Shown here piece by piece: positions 1-7,623 of a stretch of 64,000 nucleotides of DNA. The position numbers and the translations under genes were made by a program. Numbering within the stretch: the first letter of the stretch is position 1; every line of letters begins with the position of its first letter. The notes under the pieces are model-generated. The model ran no database searches, was not told the DNA's origin, and worked only from the letters and a program-made list of their open reading frames with translations. The stretch spans positions 7,304 to 71,303 of the forward strand of contig DAONDX010000005.1 in assembly GCA_035402765.1 (NCBI GenBank), written 5' to 3'. The stretch is from Candidatus Omnitrophota bacterium. GTDB lineage: Bacteria > Omnitrophota > Gorgyraeia > Gygaellales > Profunditerraquicolaceae.

Positions 1-170
1 AGATTAAGGTTGTTTCGGGTGACTGGAATCCGTCCAGGATTATTATCGTAGAATTTGATTCTATGGATAAGTTCAGTGCCTGGTGGAACTCACCGGAATA
101 TAAATTAATAGCACCGCTACGTGAGCAAGCTACTAAAACAAATGCTATAGTGACGGAGGGGATTAAGTGA
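1..170 (+). CDS. DUF1330-like protein, C-terminal fragment (5' end outside window)
   Basis: In-frame translation ...IKVVSGDWNPSRIIIVEFDSMDKFSAWWNSPEYKLIAPLREQATKTNAIVTEGIK* ends at TGA 168-170, overlapping the next gene's GTG start (GTGA). The motif resembles the DUF1330 C-terminal region. Confidence 0.45.
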   Translation, partial: IKVVSGDWNPSRIIIVEFDSMDKFSAWWNSPEYKLIAPLREQATKTNAIVTEGIK

Positions 171-859
171 AAAATAGATTTAAAGTCATAAAAGAGCACT
201 TTGATAGAGAAGCTGCTGCATTCGATGAACTCTTCTTTAAGGTAATGCCGCGCTATGAGGAGATGATGCAGGCGTTAATTGATGCATTGCCATTTGGCAA
301 GAAGGATAGATTAAAAATTATTGATTTAGGTTGCGGTACCGGAAATTTAAGTAAAAAACTTATCTCGGCATATCCTAATGCGCGTATCGACTGTGTCGAT
401 ATGGCAGGAAATATGATTAAAATAGCCAAGGCAAAATTAAAAGGTAACCGTAATGTCGCATTTTGGTTAGGCGACATAAGGGATTTTGATTATAAGGGAA
501 AATATGATTGTATAGTCGCGTCCATGGTGCTGCACCATGTCGAAGGTAAAGATAAGCCGCGTTTTTATAGAAAACTCTATAATTCACTGTCAAAGAAAGG
601 AGTGTTCTTCTGTATTGATATATTTCTTTCTTCTAACCTTCATCTGCAAAAATTATATATGGATAAATGGAAGGCATTTATGAAAGCAAGCAAGCTGCCG
701 GTAAAGAAAACCGATGATATGATAGCTCGTCATCAAAGAGAAGATAGACCCGTTATTCTTACAGATGAACTCGCCATAATGCATAAAGCAGGATTTAAGC
801 ACGTAGATGTTATTTTGAAACATTATAATTTCGCTGTCTACGGGGGTAAAAAATATTAG
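167..859 (+). CDS. class I SAM-dependent methyltransferase
   Basis: Glycine-rich motif I IIDLGCGTGNLS; acidic D after the beta2 strand; about 230 aa. GTG start overlaps the upstream stop. Confidence 0.8.
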   Translation: MKNRFKVIKEHFDREAAAFDELFFKVMPRYEEMMQALIDALPFGKKDRLKIIDLGCGTGNLSKKLISAYPNARIDCVDMAGNMIKIAKAKLKGNRNVAFWLGDIRDFDYKGKYDCIVASMVLHHVEGKDKPRFYRKLYNSLSKKGVFFCIDIFLSSNLHLQKLYMDKWKAFMKASKLPVKKTDDMIARHQREDRPVILTDELAIMHKAGFKHVDVILKHYNFAVYGGKKY

Positions 860-871
860 GAGAATAGTAAT

Positions 872-1294
872 ATGAATAAGGCTGAAGATGCGGTTTTGAT
901 GTTTAAAGAAGGTTTTAGTTGTTCGCAGGCTATACTCTCGACATACGGGCAGGAATTGGGAATAGATAAAGCAACCGCGCTAAAAATTTCTGCGCCATTT
1001 GGCGGCGGAATGGCTCGTATGGGTGAAACCTGCGGAGCGGTTACGGGCGCTTTCATGGTTATGGGGCTTAAATACGCAAATGACAAAGGATCGAAAGAAA
1101 AACTCTATGGGTTGGTAAACAAATTCGCAGAAAAATTCAAATCAAAAAACGGTTCAATTTTATGCAAGGAATTACTTGGTTACAACATCGGTACTTCTGA
1201 GGGCATGAAAGCGGTAAAGGAAAAAGGGCTTATCGATACGCTGTGCCCAAAGTTAGTCAAAGACGCCGCAGAAATTCTGGAAGAGATATTATAA
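872..1294 (+). CDS. C_GCAxxG_C_C family protein (putative redox-active small protein)
   Basis: Cys spacing CSQAIL...ETCGAVTGA...LCKEL...LCPKL is typical of the C_GCAxxG_C_C family. RBS AGGAG lies 8 nt upstream of the ATG. Confidence 0.6.
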   Translation: MNKAEDAVLMFKEGFSCSQAILSTYGQELGIDKATALKISAPFGGGMARMGETCGAVTGAFMVMGLKYANDKGSKEKLYGLVNKFAEKFKSKNGSILCKELLGYNIGTSEGMKAVKEKGLIDTLCPKLVKDAAEILEEIL

Positions 1295-1321
1295 GTGCAA
1301 AGAACTTAAGGGAGATGAAGT

Positions 1322-1630
1322 ATGGATATTTACAAAAAATCATATCAGACTAAGAATGGTCTAGTTGAAGGAGTGCAGGTTAAGTGGTCGAATTTCAGTA
1401 TTCTTCTGGTAGCTGGAAAAAAGGCATTTTTAACATGCGGTGTTTTTGATCTGGACGCTATTGATGCTTTCGGAGGAGCGGCTGCTATAGTGGAGAGCAC
1501 ACCAGATAATCCGATTGGTAATCTGGAACGGTTCCCAAACAGGAAAATTACCAAAATTAATTCGAAAGCAAAAGCTTTAGGTATTACCGCAGGAATGGCA
1601 GTTAAAGATGCTTTTGATATAATAGCATGA
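1322..1630 (+). CDS. small conserved protein, possibly DUF1805/YunC-like
   Basis: 102-aa ORF with good RBS (GGGAGATGAAG). Gly-rich GGAAAIVESTPDNPIG segment. The family assignment is from memory only. Confidence 0.35.
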   Translation: MDIYKKSYQTKNGLVEGVQVKWSNFSILLVAGKKAFLTCGVFDLDAIDAFGGAAAIVESTPDNPIGNLERFPNRKITKINSKAKALGITAGMAVKDAFDIIA

Positions 1631-1661
1631 AGAAGTATTTATAAATTAAGGAGTAAATAAA

Positions 1662-2423
1662 ATGAAACAATGGTATGAGCTATTATTTGAGAATTACGCG
1701 CAGAAATATGACCAAGAGAGCTATGTTCATGGAACATCCGGGGAATGTGATTCTATTGAACAGGAGATAAACCGGGACAAGTCAATAAAAATTCTAGATA
1801 TCGGTTGCGGTACCGGCCGCCATGCTATTGAGCTGGCAAAAAGAGGATATCAAGTAACGGGAATTGATCTATCCGAGTCGCAGCTTAAGAGGGCGAAAGA
1901 AAAAGCAAAAGAGCAGGGAGTGAAGATTGACTTCCAGAGGCATGACGCAAGAAACCTTCCTTTCAAAAGTGATTTCGATTTGGCAATCATGCTCTGTGAG
2001 GGCGGTTTTTCTTTGATGGAAACGGATGAAATGAATTTTGAAATACTCAAGAATGCAACCAAGTCATTGAAAAATAACGGTAAGTTTATATTCACCACAT
2101 TGAATGGATTGTTTCCGTTGTTCCATTCGGTAAAGGAATTTTATGGGTCGGCGGGTAAAGAAGGGGGTTCGGTTTGTAAAAGTATATCCTTCGATTTGAT
2201 GACTTTCCGCGATCATAATCGCGTTGAATTTGAAGATGACGCGGGAAATAAAAATGCATTGGAATGCAACGAGCGATGTTATGTCCCCAGTGAGATAACC
2301 TGGCTTTTAAAAACGCTTGGGTATAAGAAGATAGAGATTTTTGGAGCTAAGCTCGGAGCTTATTCAAGGAAAGATAAATTAACTCCGGAAGATTTCGAAA
2401 TGCTTGTTATTGCAGAAAAATGA
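1662..2423 (+). CDS. class I SAM-dependent methyltransferase
   Basis: ILDIGCGTGRHAIELAKRGYQVTGIDLS motif I/II. RBS AAGGAG upstream. Confidence 0.8.
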   Translation: MKQWYELLFENYAQKYDQESYVHGTSGECDSIEQEINRDKSIKILDIGCGTGRHAIELAKRGYQVTGIDLSESQLKRAKEKAKEQGVKIDFQRHDARNLPFKSDFDLAIMLCEGGFSLMETDEMNFEILKNATKSLKNNGKFIFTTLNGLFPLFHSVKEFYGSAGKEGGSVCKSISFDLMTFRDHNRVEFEDDAGNKNALECNERCYVPSEITWLLKTLGYKKIEIFGAKLGAYSRKDKLTPEDFEMLVIAEK

Positions 2424-2544
2424 TAGATTAAAGAGTTAGAATCCCTTAGGGGAGGGGTTGAGAAAATTGTATTTTTGGTGAGTTCGGGTTCCGTCAGGTA
2501 CCCTGATTTGCTTTCGTTACGTAGTGAGGACGAGTTATAATGAA

Positions 2545-2598
2545 AGGCATTATTTTATTTTCGATTGGAACGAGAATAAGATAATGCCTTTTTGTTTT
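2545..2598 (+). terminator. rho-independent terminator candidate downstream of the methyltransferase gene
   Basis: 9-bp stem AGGCATTAT/ATAATGCCT with a long loop, followed by TTTTGTTTT. Confidence 0.45.
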
Positions 2599-2666
2599 AA
2601 TCTTGCCTGTTTACGGAGAGGTCGTTTCCTTGCGTAATATTATTGTTTGTTTTTAATAGGAATACC

Positions 2667-2695
2667 TTTACAGCGATAATTAACCGTGCTAAACT
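2667..2695 (+). promoter_or_regulatory. sigma-70-like promoter for the trehalose operon
   Basis: TTTACA, 17 nt, TAAACT. Confidence 0.4.
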
Positions 2696-2723
2696 ACTTT
2701 TATAATTAGGTAAGCTAAGTGGT

Positions 2724-2825
2724 CCGGAAATATAGAAATATATAGAAGTATTTCTGGAGGAGCTTTTGATGGTCGGGCCGCCATCTGATTTAATAATCAG
2801 GTGACGGTTTTTTGTTTTTCGGAGG
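2724..2825 (+). promoter_or_regulatory. conserved leader/attenuator element, copy 1
   Basis: Hairpin CCGGAAATA...TATTTCTGG. GGAGGA RBS. Mini-ORF ATGGTCGGGCCGCCATCT... spans 2769-2804 and encodes MVGPPSDLIIR. A terminator hairpin (CCGCCATCTGATT/AATCAGGTGACGG) is followed by TTTTTTGTTTTT, then the GGAGG RBS of the otsA-fusion gene. An alternative GATGG/CCATC hairpin overlaps the terminator's 5' arm. A near-identical copy lies at 8856-8945. Confidence 0.55.
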
Positions 2826-2833
2826 CTAATTAA

Positions 2834-5071
2834 ATGAAAAGAATTCTATTGTTTATCCTGCCCATATTAATCTTAGTTGCGCTTGGATTTGCTATTTCGG
2901 GCGTTATGCAAGCTCGTTTCACAGAAGATAAGCTTATGGATGATTTAAAAAGAAAAGCCAGGTCTGTGGATGAAGGCTTGGAATTATCAGCTAAGTATAT
3001 TCTTATTAACAATGATTTAAAGCAAGCCAACCGTTTAGTTGATAGCTTCCAGAAAAGAGAAAGGCTGCAAGGTTGTGTTATTTACGATAAAGATGGCCAG
3101 ATATTAGCGATTACTGAAAGATTCTCTGATTTTAAACAGAAAGAAAGGCCATATTTGAAAGATATCCTATCTTCTAAATCGCCGCGAGGAGCGCTGGAAA
3201 AGTTTAAAGAATACTCTGTATATAGCTACATTTTACCTGTCTTAAATGATGATGAGAGTGTATTAGGAATGGTAGAGGTAGTTTATGACACATCGTATAT
3301 GTTTACTACTTTAACTGAATTATGGAGAAAAATAAGCGTTACCTCCATTGCGCTTATCTTACTAATAGTTTTAACTGCCTTATTAATTCAGAGACAAATT
3401 TTTATTGTTCCGGTACGTAGGCTAACGCAGTGGTTTACGCATTTTCAAAGAGGAGAAACTGATAAATTGCGGCCGTTTGCTGAAAAAGGTGAATTTGGTA
3501 AGTTGATTAGTGAGGTAGAGCAGGTTGCCTTAAGCATTAGAGTAGCGCGTCGTACCATATCAGATGAAGCGCATGTGCGCTTGCAAAAAGAAGATCTTTG
3601 GACTGAAGCCAAGCTTAAAGATCTAATCCACGCAAAATTAGGAGAGAATTCTTTATTCGTGGTTTCTAATCGAGAGCCGTATATGCATGTTTTCGATGAG
3701 AATTTGGGTAAGGAGACATGCATAAGGCCGGCAAGTGGCGTGGTCACTGCGATACATCCAATACTTTCAGCTTGCGGTGGGACCTGGATTGCGCATGGCA
3801 GTGGTAATTCTGATAAAAAATTCGTTAACTCTAAAGATAAACTCGGCGTGCCTCCTGAGGATAACCGGTATATTCTTAAGAGAGTTTGGCTTAATAAGGA
3901 AGAAGAACAAGGTTATTATTATGGTTTTTCCAACGAAGGGTTATGGCCCTTATGCCATAATACACATACGCGGCCGGTTTTTAAAGAATCTGACTGGCGT
4001 ATGTATAAAGAAGTAAATCAGAAATTCGCAGACAGTATTTTAAATGAACTACCGGTAAGCAGCCCGTTTATATTTATCCAAGATTATCACTTTACTCTTT
4101 TGCCAAAGATGATCAAAGATAAACGGCCGGATGCAAAAGTAGCTTTATTCTGGCACATACCTTGGCCTACCCCTGAAGCTTTTATGATTTGTCCTTATCA
4201 GAATGAAATTTTAGAGGGCATGTTAGGATGTGATTTGATCGGTTTTCATGTTCAGAACCATTGCAACAATTTTTTGGATACCGCCAACCGTTTGCTTGAG
4301 TCACGCGTAGATACTGAAAAATTCAGTGTTGTGCGTTCGGGTAAGGAAACTTTTATCAGGGCTTTTCCTATCAGTATTGACTCGCATATTGGCGATGGTT
4401 CATTTAGAGTCGATCCTGTCAGACAGGTAGAGAAACTTAAGAAGGAGTTTGAGCTGAATGATGAAACTATTGTCGTGGGGGTGGATAGAATCGATTATAC
4501 TAAAGGCATAGTCGAGAAGATTTTAGCCGTCGATAGATTTTTAGATAAGTATCCTGAATATAAAAAGAAATTTGTTTTTATACAACTAGCCGCACCAAGC
4601 CGAACACATATTAAGCGTTATCATGATTTAATCGGGGAAATCGATGAATTAGTTGAAAAAATTAACTGGAAACATATAGATGGAAACTGGAAGCCAATAA
4701 TCTATCTAAAAAAGCATTTTTCTCAAGATGATATCCAGCCTTATTATAGGCTTGGTGATATTTGTATTGTTAGTTCGCTGCATGATGGCATGAATTTGGT
4801 GGCTAAAGAGTATGTTGCAGAGAAGGATGACTTATCCGGGGTGTTAATCTTAAGTCAATTCACCGGGGCAGCGCGAGAGCTTACCGATGCTATTTTGGTT
4901 AATCCATATTCAATTGAAGAGTTTGCGGATAGTATAAAATTGGCCATTCAGATGCCCAGGGAAGAGAAGGTGAGGCGTATGGTAAATATGCGTAAGGTGA
5001 TAGTGGAAAATAATATTTACCGCTGGGCAGCTAACATTATCAATGAGATGGTTGCATTAAAACAAATTTAA
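2834..5071 (+). CDS. otsA: membrane sensor (2 TM + periplasmic domain + HAMP) fused to trehalose-6-phosphate synthase (GT20)
   Basis: N-terminal ~260 aa: TM1 (ILLFILPILILVALGFAI), a periplasmic region, TM2 (ISVTSIALILLIVLTALLI), and a HAMP-like amphipathic segment (IVPVRRLTQWF...GEFGKLISEVEQVALSI). The C-terminal part aligns to OtsA motifs: LFVVSNREPY, GGTW, EGLWPLCH, VNQKFAD, IQDYHFTLLP, FWHIPWP, CDLIGFHVQ, VDRIDYTKGI, DGMNLVAKEYVA...LSQFTGAA...ILVNPY. Confidence 0.8.
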   Translation: MKRILLFILPILILVALGFAISGVMQARFTEDKLMDDLKRKARSVDEGLELSAKYILINNDLKQANRLVDSFQKRERLQGCVIYDKDGQILAITERFSDFKQKERPYLKDILSSKSPRGALEKFKEYSVYSYILPVLNDDESVLGMVEVVYDTSYMFTTLTELWRKISVTSIALILLIVLTALLIQRQIFIVPVRRLTQWFTHFQRGETDKLRPFAEKGEFGKLISEVEQVALSIRVARRTISDEAHVRLQKEDLWTEAKLKDLIHAKLGENSLFVVSNREPYMHVFDENLGKETCIRPASGVVTAIHPILSACGGTWIAHGSGNSDKKFVNSKDKLGVPPEDNRYILKRVWLNKEEEQGYYYGFSNEGLWPLCHNTHTRPVFKESDWRMYKEVNQKFADSILNELPVSSPFIFIQDYHFTLLPKMIKDKRPDAKVALFWHIPWPTPEAFMICPYQNEILEGMLGCDLIGFHVQNHCNNFLDTANRLLESRVDTEKFSVVRSGKETFIRAFPISIDSHIGDGSFRVDPVRQVEKLKKEFELNDETIVVGVDRIDYTKGIVEKILAVDRFLDKYPEYKKKFVFIQLAAPSRTHIKRYHDLIGEIDELVEKINWKHIDGNWKPIIYLKKHFSQDDIQPYYRLGDICIVSSLHDGMNLVAKEYVAEKDDLSGVLILSQFTGAARELTDAILVNPYSIEEFADSIKLAIQMPREEKVRRMVNMRKVIVENNIYRWAANIINEMVALKQI

Positions 5072-5085
5072 TTTATGAGGTGCAA

Positions 5086-6141
5086 ATGAATAAAGAGTTT
5101 TATGTAAAATTTAGTAGTTTAGCCGAAATGTTTATGCCTTTGATTATTTTCTTAATAGTTTTGCTTGTCGGGTTTATTATTAAAAAAATAATTCTCAGTC
5201 GACTTCTGCGCTGGGCAAAAAAAACATCTACCCAATTGGACGATATTATAGTGCAAGCTGCTAAAAGTCCACTTACGGTTATTTGCTTGATGTTGGCTTT
5301 ATATTTTGCGTTGCAATTTTCAAAACTCCCAGAAAATATTGTTCAGGTGATGAGTAAGAGTACTCTTATTCTAGGTATAATTGCTGCGGTATTAGCATTA
5401 GCGAATCTATTATCTGGGGTAATCAAGCTTTATGCTTCTCGAATTGATTCTGCTTTACCGGTTACTAGCCTCACTCAGAATATCGCCAGGGTTTTTGTTT
5501 TCTCAATCGGCGCGTTGATAATTCTTAACAGCTTAGGAATATCCATCACACCTATATTAGCTACTTTAGGAGTGGGTGGTTTAGCTGTAGCTTTGGCCCT
5601 CCAAGATACCCTAACTAATCTTTTCGCCGGATTCCATATTACTGTGGCTAAGCAAATCAGGGTCGGTGATTATATTAAATTGGAGTCAGGAGAAGAAGGT
5701 TATGTCGTGGATATTAACTGGCGATCAACAAAGATTAAAATGCTGTCCAATAACCTGGTGCTTATTCCAAATGATAAATTAAATAAAGCGATTGTTATCA
5801 ATTATTATTTACCGGATAAGGAAATGGCGGTTTTAGTTGATTTGGGGGTGCATTATAAAAGCGACTTGGGAAAAGTTGAGAAGGTTACCTGTGAAGTAGT
5901 AAGGTCTGTTATGAAAGAAGTAAACGGGGGAGTTGATTATTTTGAGCCATTTATCCGTTATCACACTTTTAGTGATTCTTGCATAAAATTTACAGTTATA
6001 TTAAGAGTTAAGGAATTTGCTGATCAGTATTTGATTAAACATGAGTTTATTAAGCGGCTGCATAAACGGTATACACAAGAAGGTATAAATATTCCTTATC
6101 CGATCATGACGATAAACTACGAGCAAGAGAAATCTGGATAA
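5086..6141 (+). CDS. mechanosensitive ion channel, MscS family
   Basis: TM helices followed by the conserved pore/beta-domain region GVGGLAVALALQDTLTNLFAGFHITVAKQIRVGDYIKL...GYVVDINWRSTKIKMLSNNLVLIPND. ATG 5086 is preferred over in-frame GTG 5080 because of the TGAGG RBS. Confidence 0.8.
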   Translation: MNKEFYVKFSSLAEMFMPLIIFLIVLLVGFIIKKIILSRLLRWAKKTSTQLDDIIVQAAKSPLTVICLMLALYFALQFSKLPENIVQVMSKSTLILGIIAAVLALANLLSGVIKLYASRIDSALPVTSLTQNIARVFVFSIGALIILNSLGISITPILATLGVGGLAVALALQDTLTNLFAGFHITVAKQIRVGDYIKLESGEEGYVVDINWRSTKIKMLSNNLVLIPNDKLNKAIVINYYLPDKEMAVLVDLGVHYKSDLGKVEKVTCEVVRSVMKEVNGGVDYFEPFIRYHTFSDSCIKFTVILRVKEFADQYLIKHEFIKRLHKRYTQEGINIPYPIMTINYEQEKSG

Positions 6142-6147
6142 TATAAA

Positions 6148-6948
6148 ATGCGTTATATTTTTAATGATTTAGATAAAATAAAAAGAAAATTGGTAGGTAA
6201 ATATATTTTTTTGTTCCTTGATTGCGATGGTACTTTGACGCCGATTGTTGATACGCCGGACAAAGCGATAATTCCCCCAGATACAAAAAAAATACTTAAT
6301 TTGTTGTCGCAGAAGAATAATTGTAGGATAGCCATTATTAGCGGTAGGGCCTTGGTTGATATTAAGAAAAAAGTTGGGCTTAAAAATATTATTTATTCAG
6401 GTAATCATGGTTTTCAAATCGAGGGGCCCAAGATTAATCATGAAATAGCAGTCCCCCTGGATTATAAAAAAATACTGGAGCGCATTAAGATTAAGCTCGA
6501 AGAGAGGCTTTTTGGCATAAAAGGAGTTTTTGTAGAAGATAAAAAGATTTCTTTGGCCTTGCATTATAGGCTAGCTAATCGAAAGCAGGTGCCCTTTATT
6601 AAAACTGTTTTTCATGAGAGCATTATTTTGTATTTAGTAAGAAATAAAATTAAGATTAGACCCGGGAAGGAGATTCTAGAAGTAATGCCTCCGGTTCATT
6701 GGGACAAAGGAAAGATTGTTTTGTGGCTTTTAGCCCGGCAGGAGGCTTTATCTAAAAACGGTCGGAATATTCCTATTTATATTGGAGATGATGCTACTGA
6801 TGAAGATGCTTTTAAAGCGCTTAAAAACAGAGGGTTAACCGTATTTGTAGGGAATGCCAATTCTTCGCAGGCAAAATATTATGTCAGAAATGTTAAAGAG
6901 GTCTATGAGTTATTAAAATATATCCTGGATATCCAGAATATAAAATAA
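6148..6948 (+). CDS. otsB: trehalose-6-phosphate phosphatase (HAD-IIB)
   Basis: FLFLDCDGTLTP (HAD motif I), IYIGDDATDEDAF (motif IV), typical OtsB length. Confidence 0.8.
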   Translation: MRYIFNDLDKIKRKLVGKYIFLFLDCDGTLTPIVDTPDKAIIPPDTKKILNLLSQKNNCRIAIISGRALVDIKKKVGLKNIIYSGNHGFQIEGPKINHEIAVPLDYKKILERIKIKLEERLFGIKGVFVEDKKISLALHYRLANRKQVPFIKTVFHESIILYLVRNKIKIRPGKEILEVMPPVHWDKGKIVLWLLARQEALSKNGRNIPIYIGDDATDEDAFKALKNRGLTVFVGNANSSQAKYYVRNVKEVYELLKYILDIQNIK

Positions 6949-6950
6949 CT

Positions 6951-7622
6951 ATGGTAGAGATAATAAGAGCTAAAGAGCCATTTAAATTTTACACCAGATT
7001 ACATTTAACTGAATTAACCGGGTTAAGAGCCACTACTTTAAGTCAGCTTGGCAGCCTTATTAAAAAGGTATCCGGATCAAGTATCTATCACCACACTCAC
7101 AGATTTCTGCAGCAGCATCAGTATCTTTCTCCCGAGCCCCCGAATGATTTTGCTTACTGGGTAACTGAAGTCCTGGGTGAGGATGAGTTGGGAGAGAAAT
7201 TAGCCAGCATTGATACTATTCAATATTCTACCATTCGTAGTCTTAGGGATAAAATCGTTTCAACAATTGATGATTATCTTGCGCATAGCCCTTTTGCTAA
7301 ATTAAAGTTTGCTAAAAGCGGAGAGGAGTTCCACTTTATGAAATCAGTAAGTTTTATTCTTCCTTCCGGATATAGCGTGACTGATTTAAGGGAATTTGCG
7401 GATTCCTTGCGGAAAATAACCATTGATTCCATATATTTCCATATTTTTGAGGCACGTTTAAGGCTTGAACGCGAAGGGAATGATTTTTCCAATTGGATCG
7501 AGCATTCTTTAGGAGATGAGGAATTAGCAAGAGAAATCTCAAACCTTGATCCGTATACCCAGACATTAGAAAATCTCAGGCAGTCGATTTTAAGCATTGT
7601 TCAAAAGAGGACGGGTTCTTAA
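6951..7622 (+). CDS. hypothetical protein conserved within the trehalose operon
   Basis: 223-aa ORF tightly packed between otsB and treT. No motif recognised. Confidence 0.4.
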   Translation: MVEIIRAKEPFKFYTRLHLTELTGLRATTLSQLGSLIKKVSGSSIYHHTHRFLQQHQYLSPEPPNDFAYWVTEVLGEDELGEKLASIDTIQYSTIRSLRDKIVSTIDDYLAHSPFAKLKFAKSGEEFHFMKSVSFILPSGYSVTDLREFADSLRKITIDSIYFHIFEARLRLEREGNDFSNWIEHSLGDEELAREISNLDPYTQTLENLRQSILSIVQKRTGS

Positions 7623-7623
7623 T

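Noticed and set aside
253-477. Short minus-strand ORFs embedded antisense inside confidently assigned plus-strand genes. Besides this first one (253-477), further examples in the track are 1345-1554, 1850-2098, 3445-3747, 12433-12750, 14362-14968, 17824-18279, 19434-19887, 24795-25292, 28789-29217, 33142-33438, 35164-35508, 38982-39458, 41183-41922 and 43659-44183.
   Set aside because: All lie entirely within strongly supported CDSs on the other strand. They have no RBS and low-complexity or Ser/Arg/Pro-rich translations typical of antisense frames. I treat them as non-coding.
3735-4016. Plus-strand alternative-frame ORFs inside genes (3735-4016, 12058-12267, 23853-24122, 25457-25675, 28944-29135, 30187-30378, 35543-35731, 43884-44312, 46391-46600, 61134-61385).
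   Set aside because: Out-of-frame overlaps within well-supported genes. No independent start signals.
7597-7623. Upstream in-frame extension of treT (MFKRGRVLN...).
   Set aside because: The extension overlaps the preceding gene. ATG 7624 sits immediately after that gene's stop and matches the TreT N-terminus.
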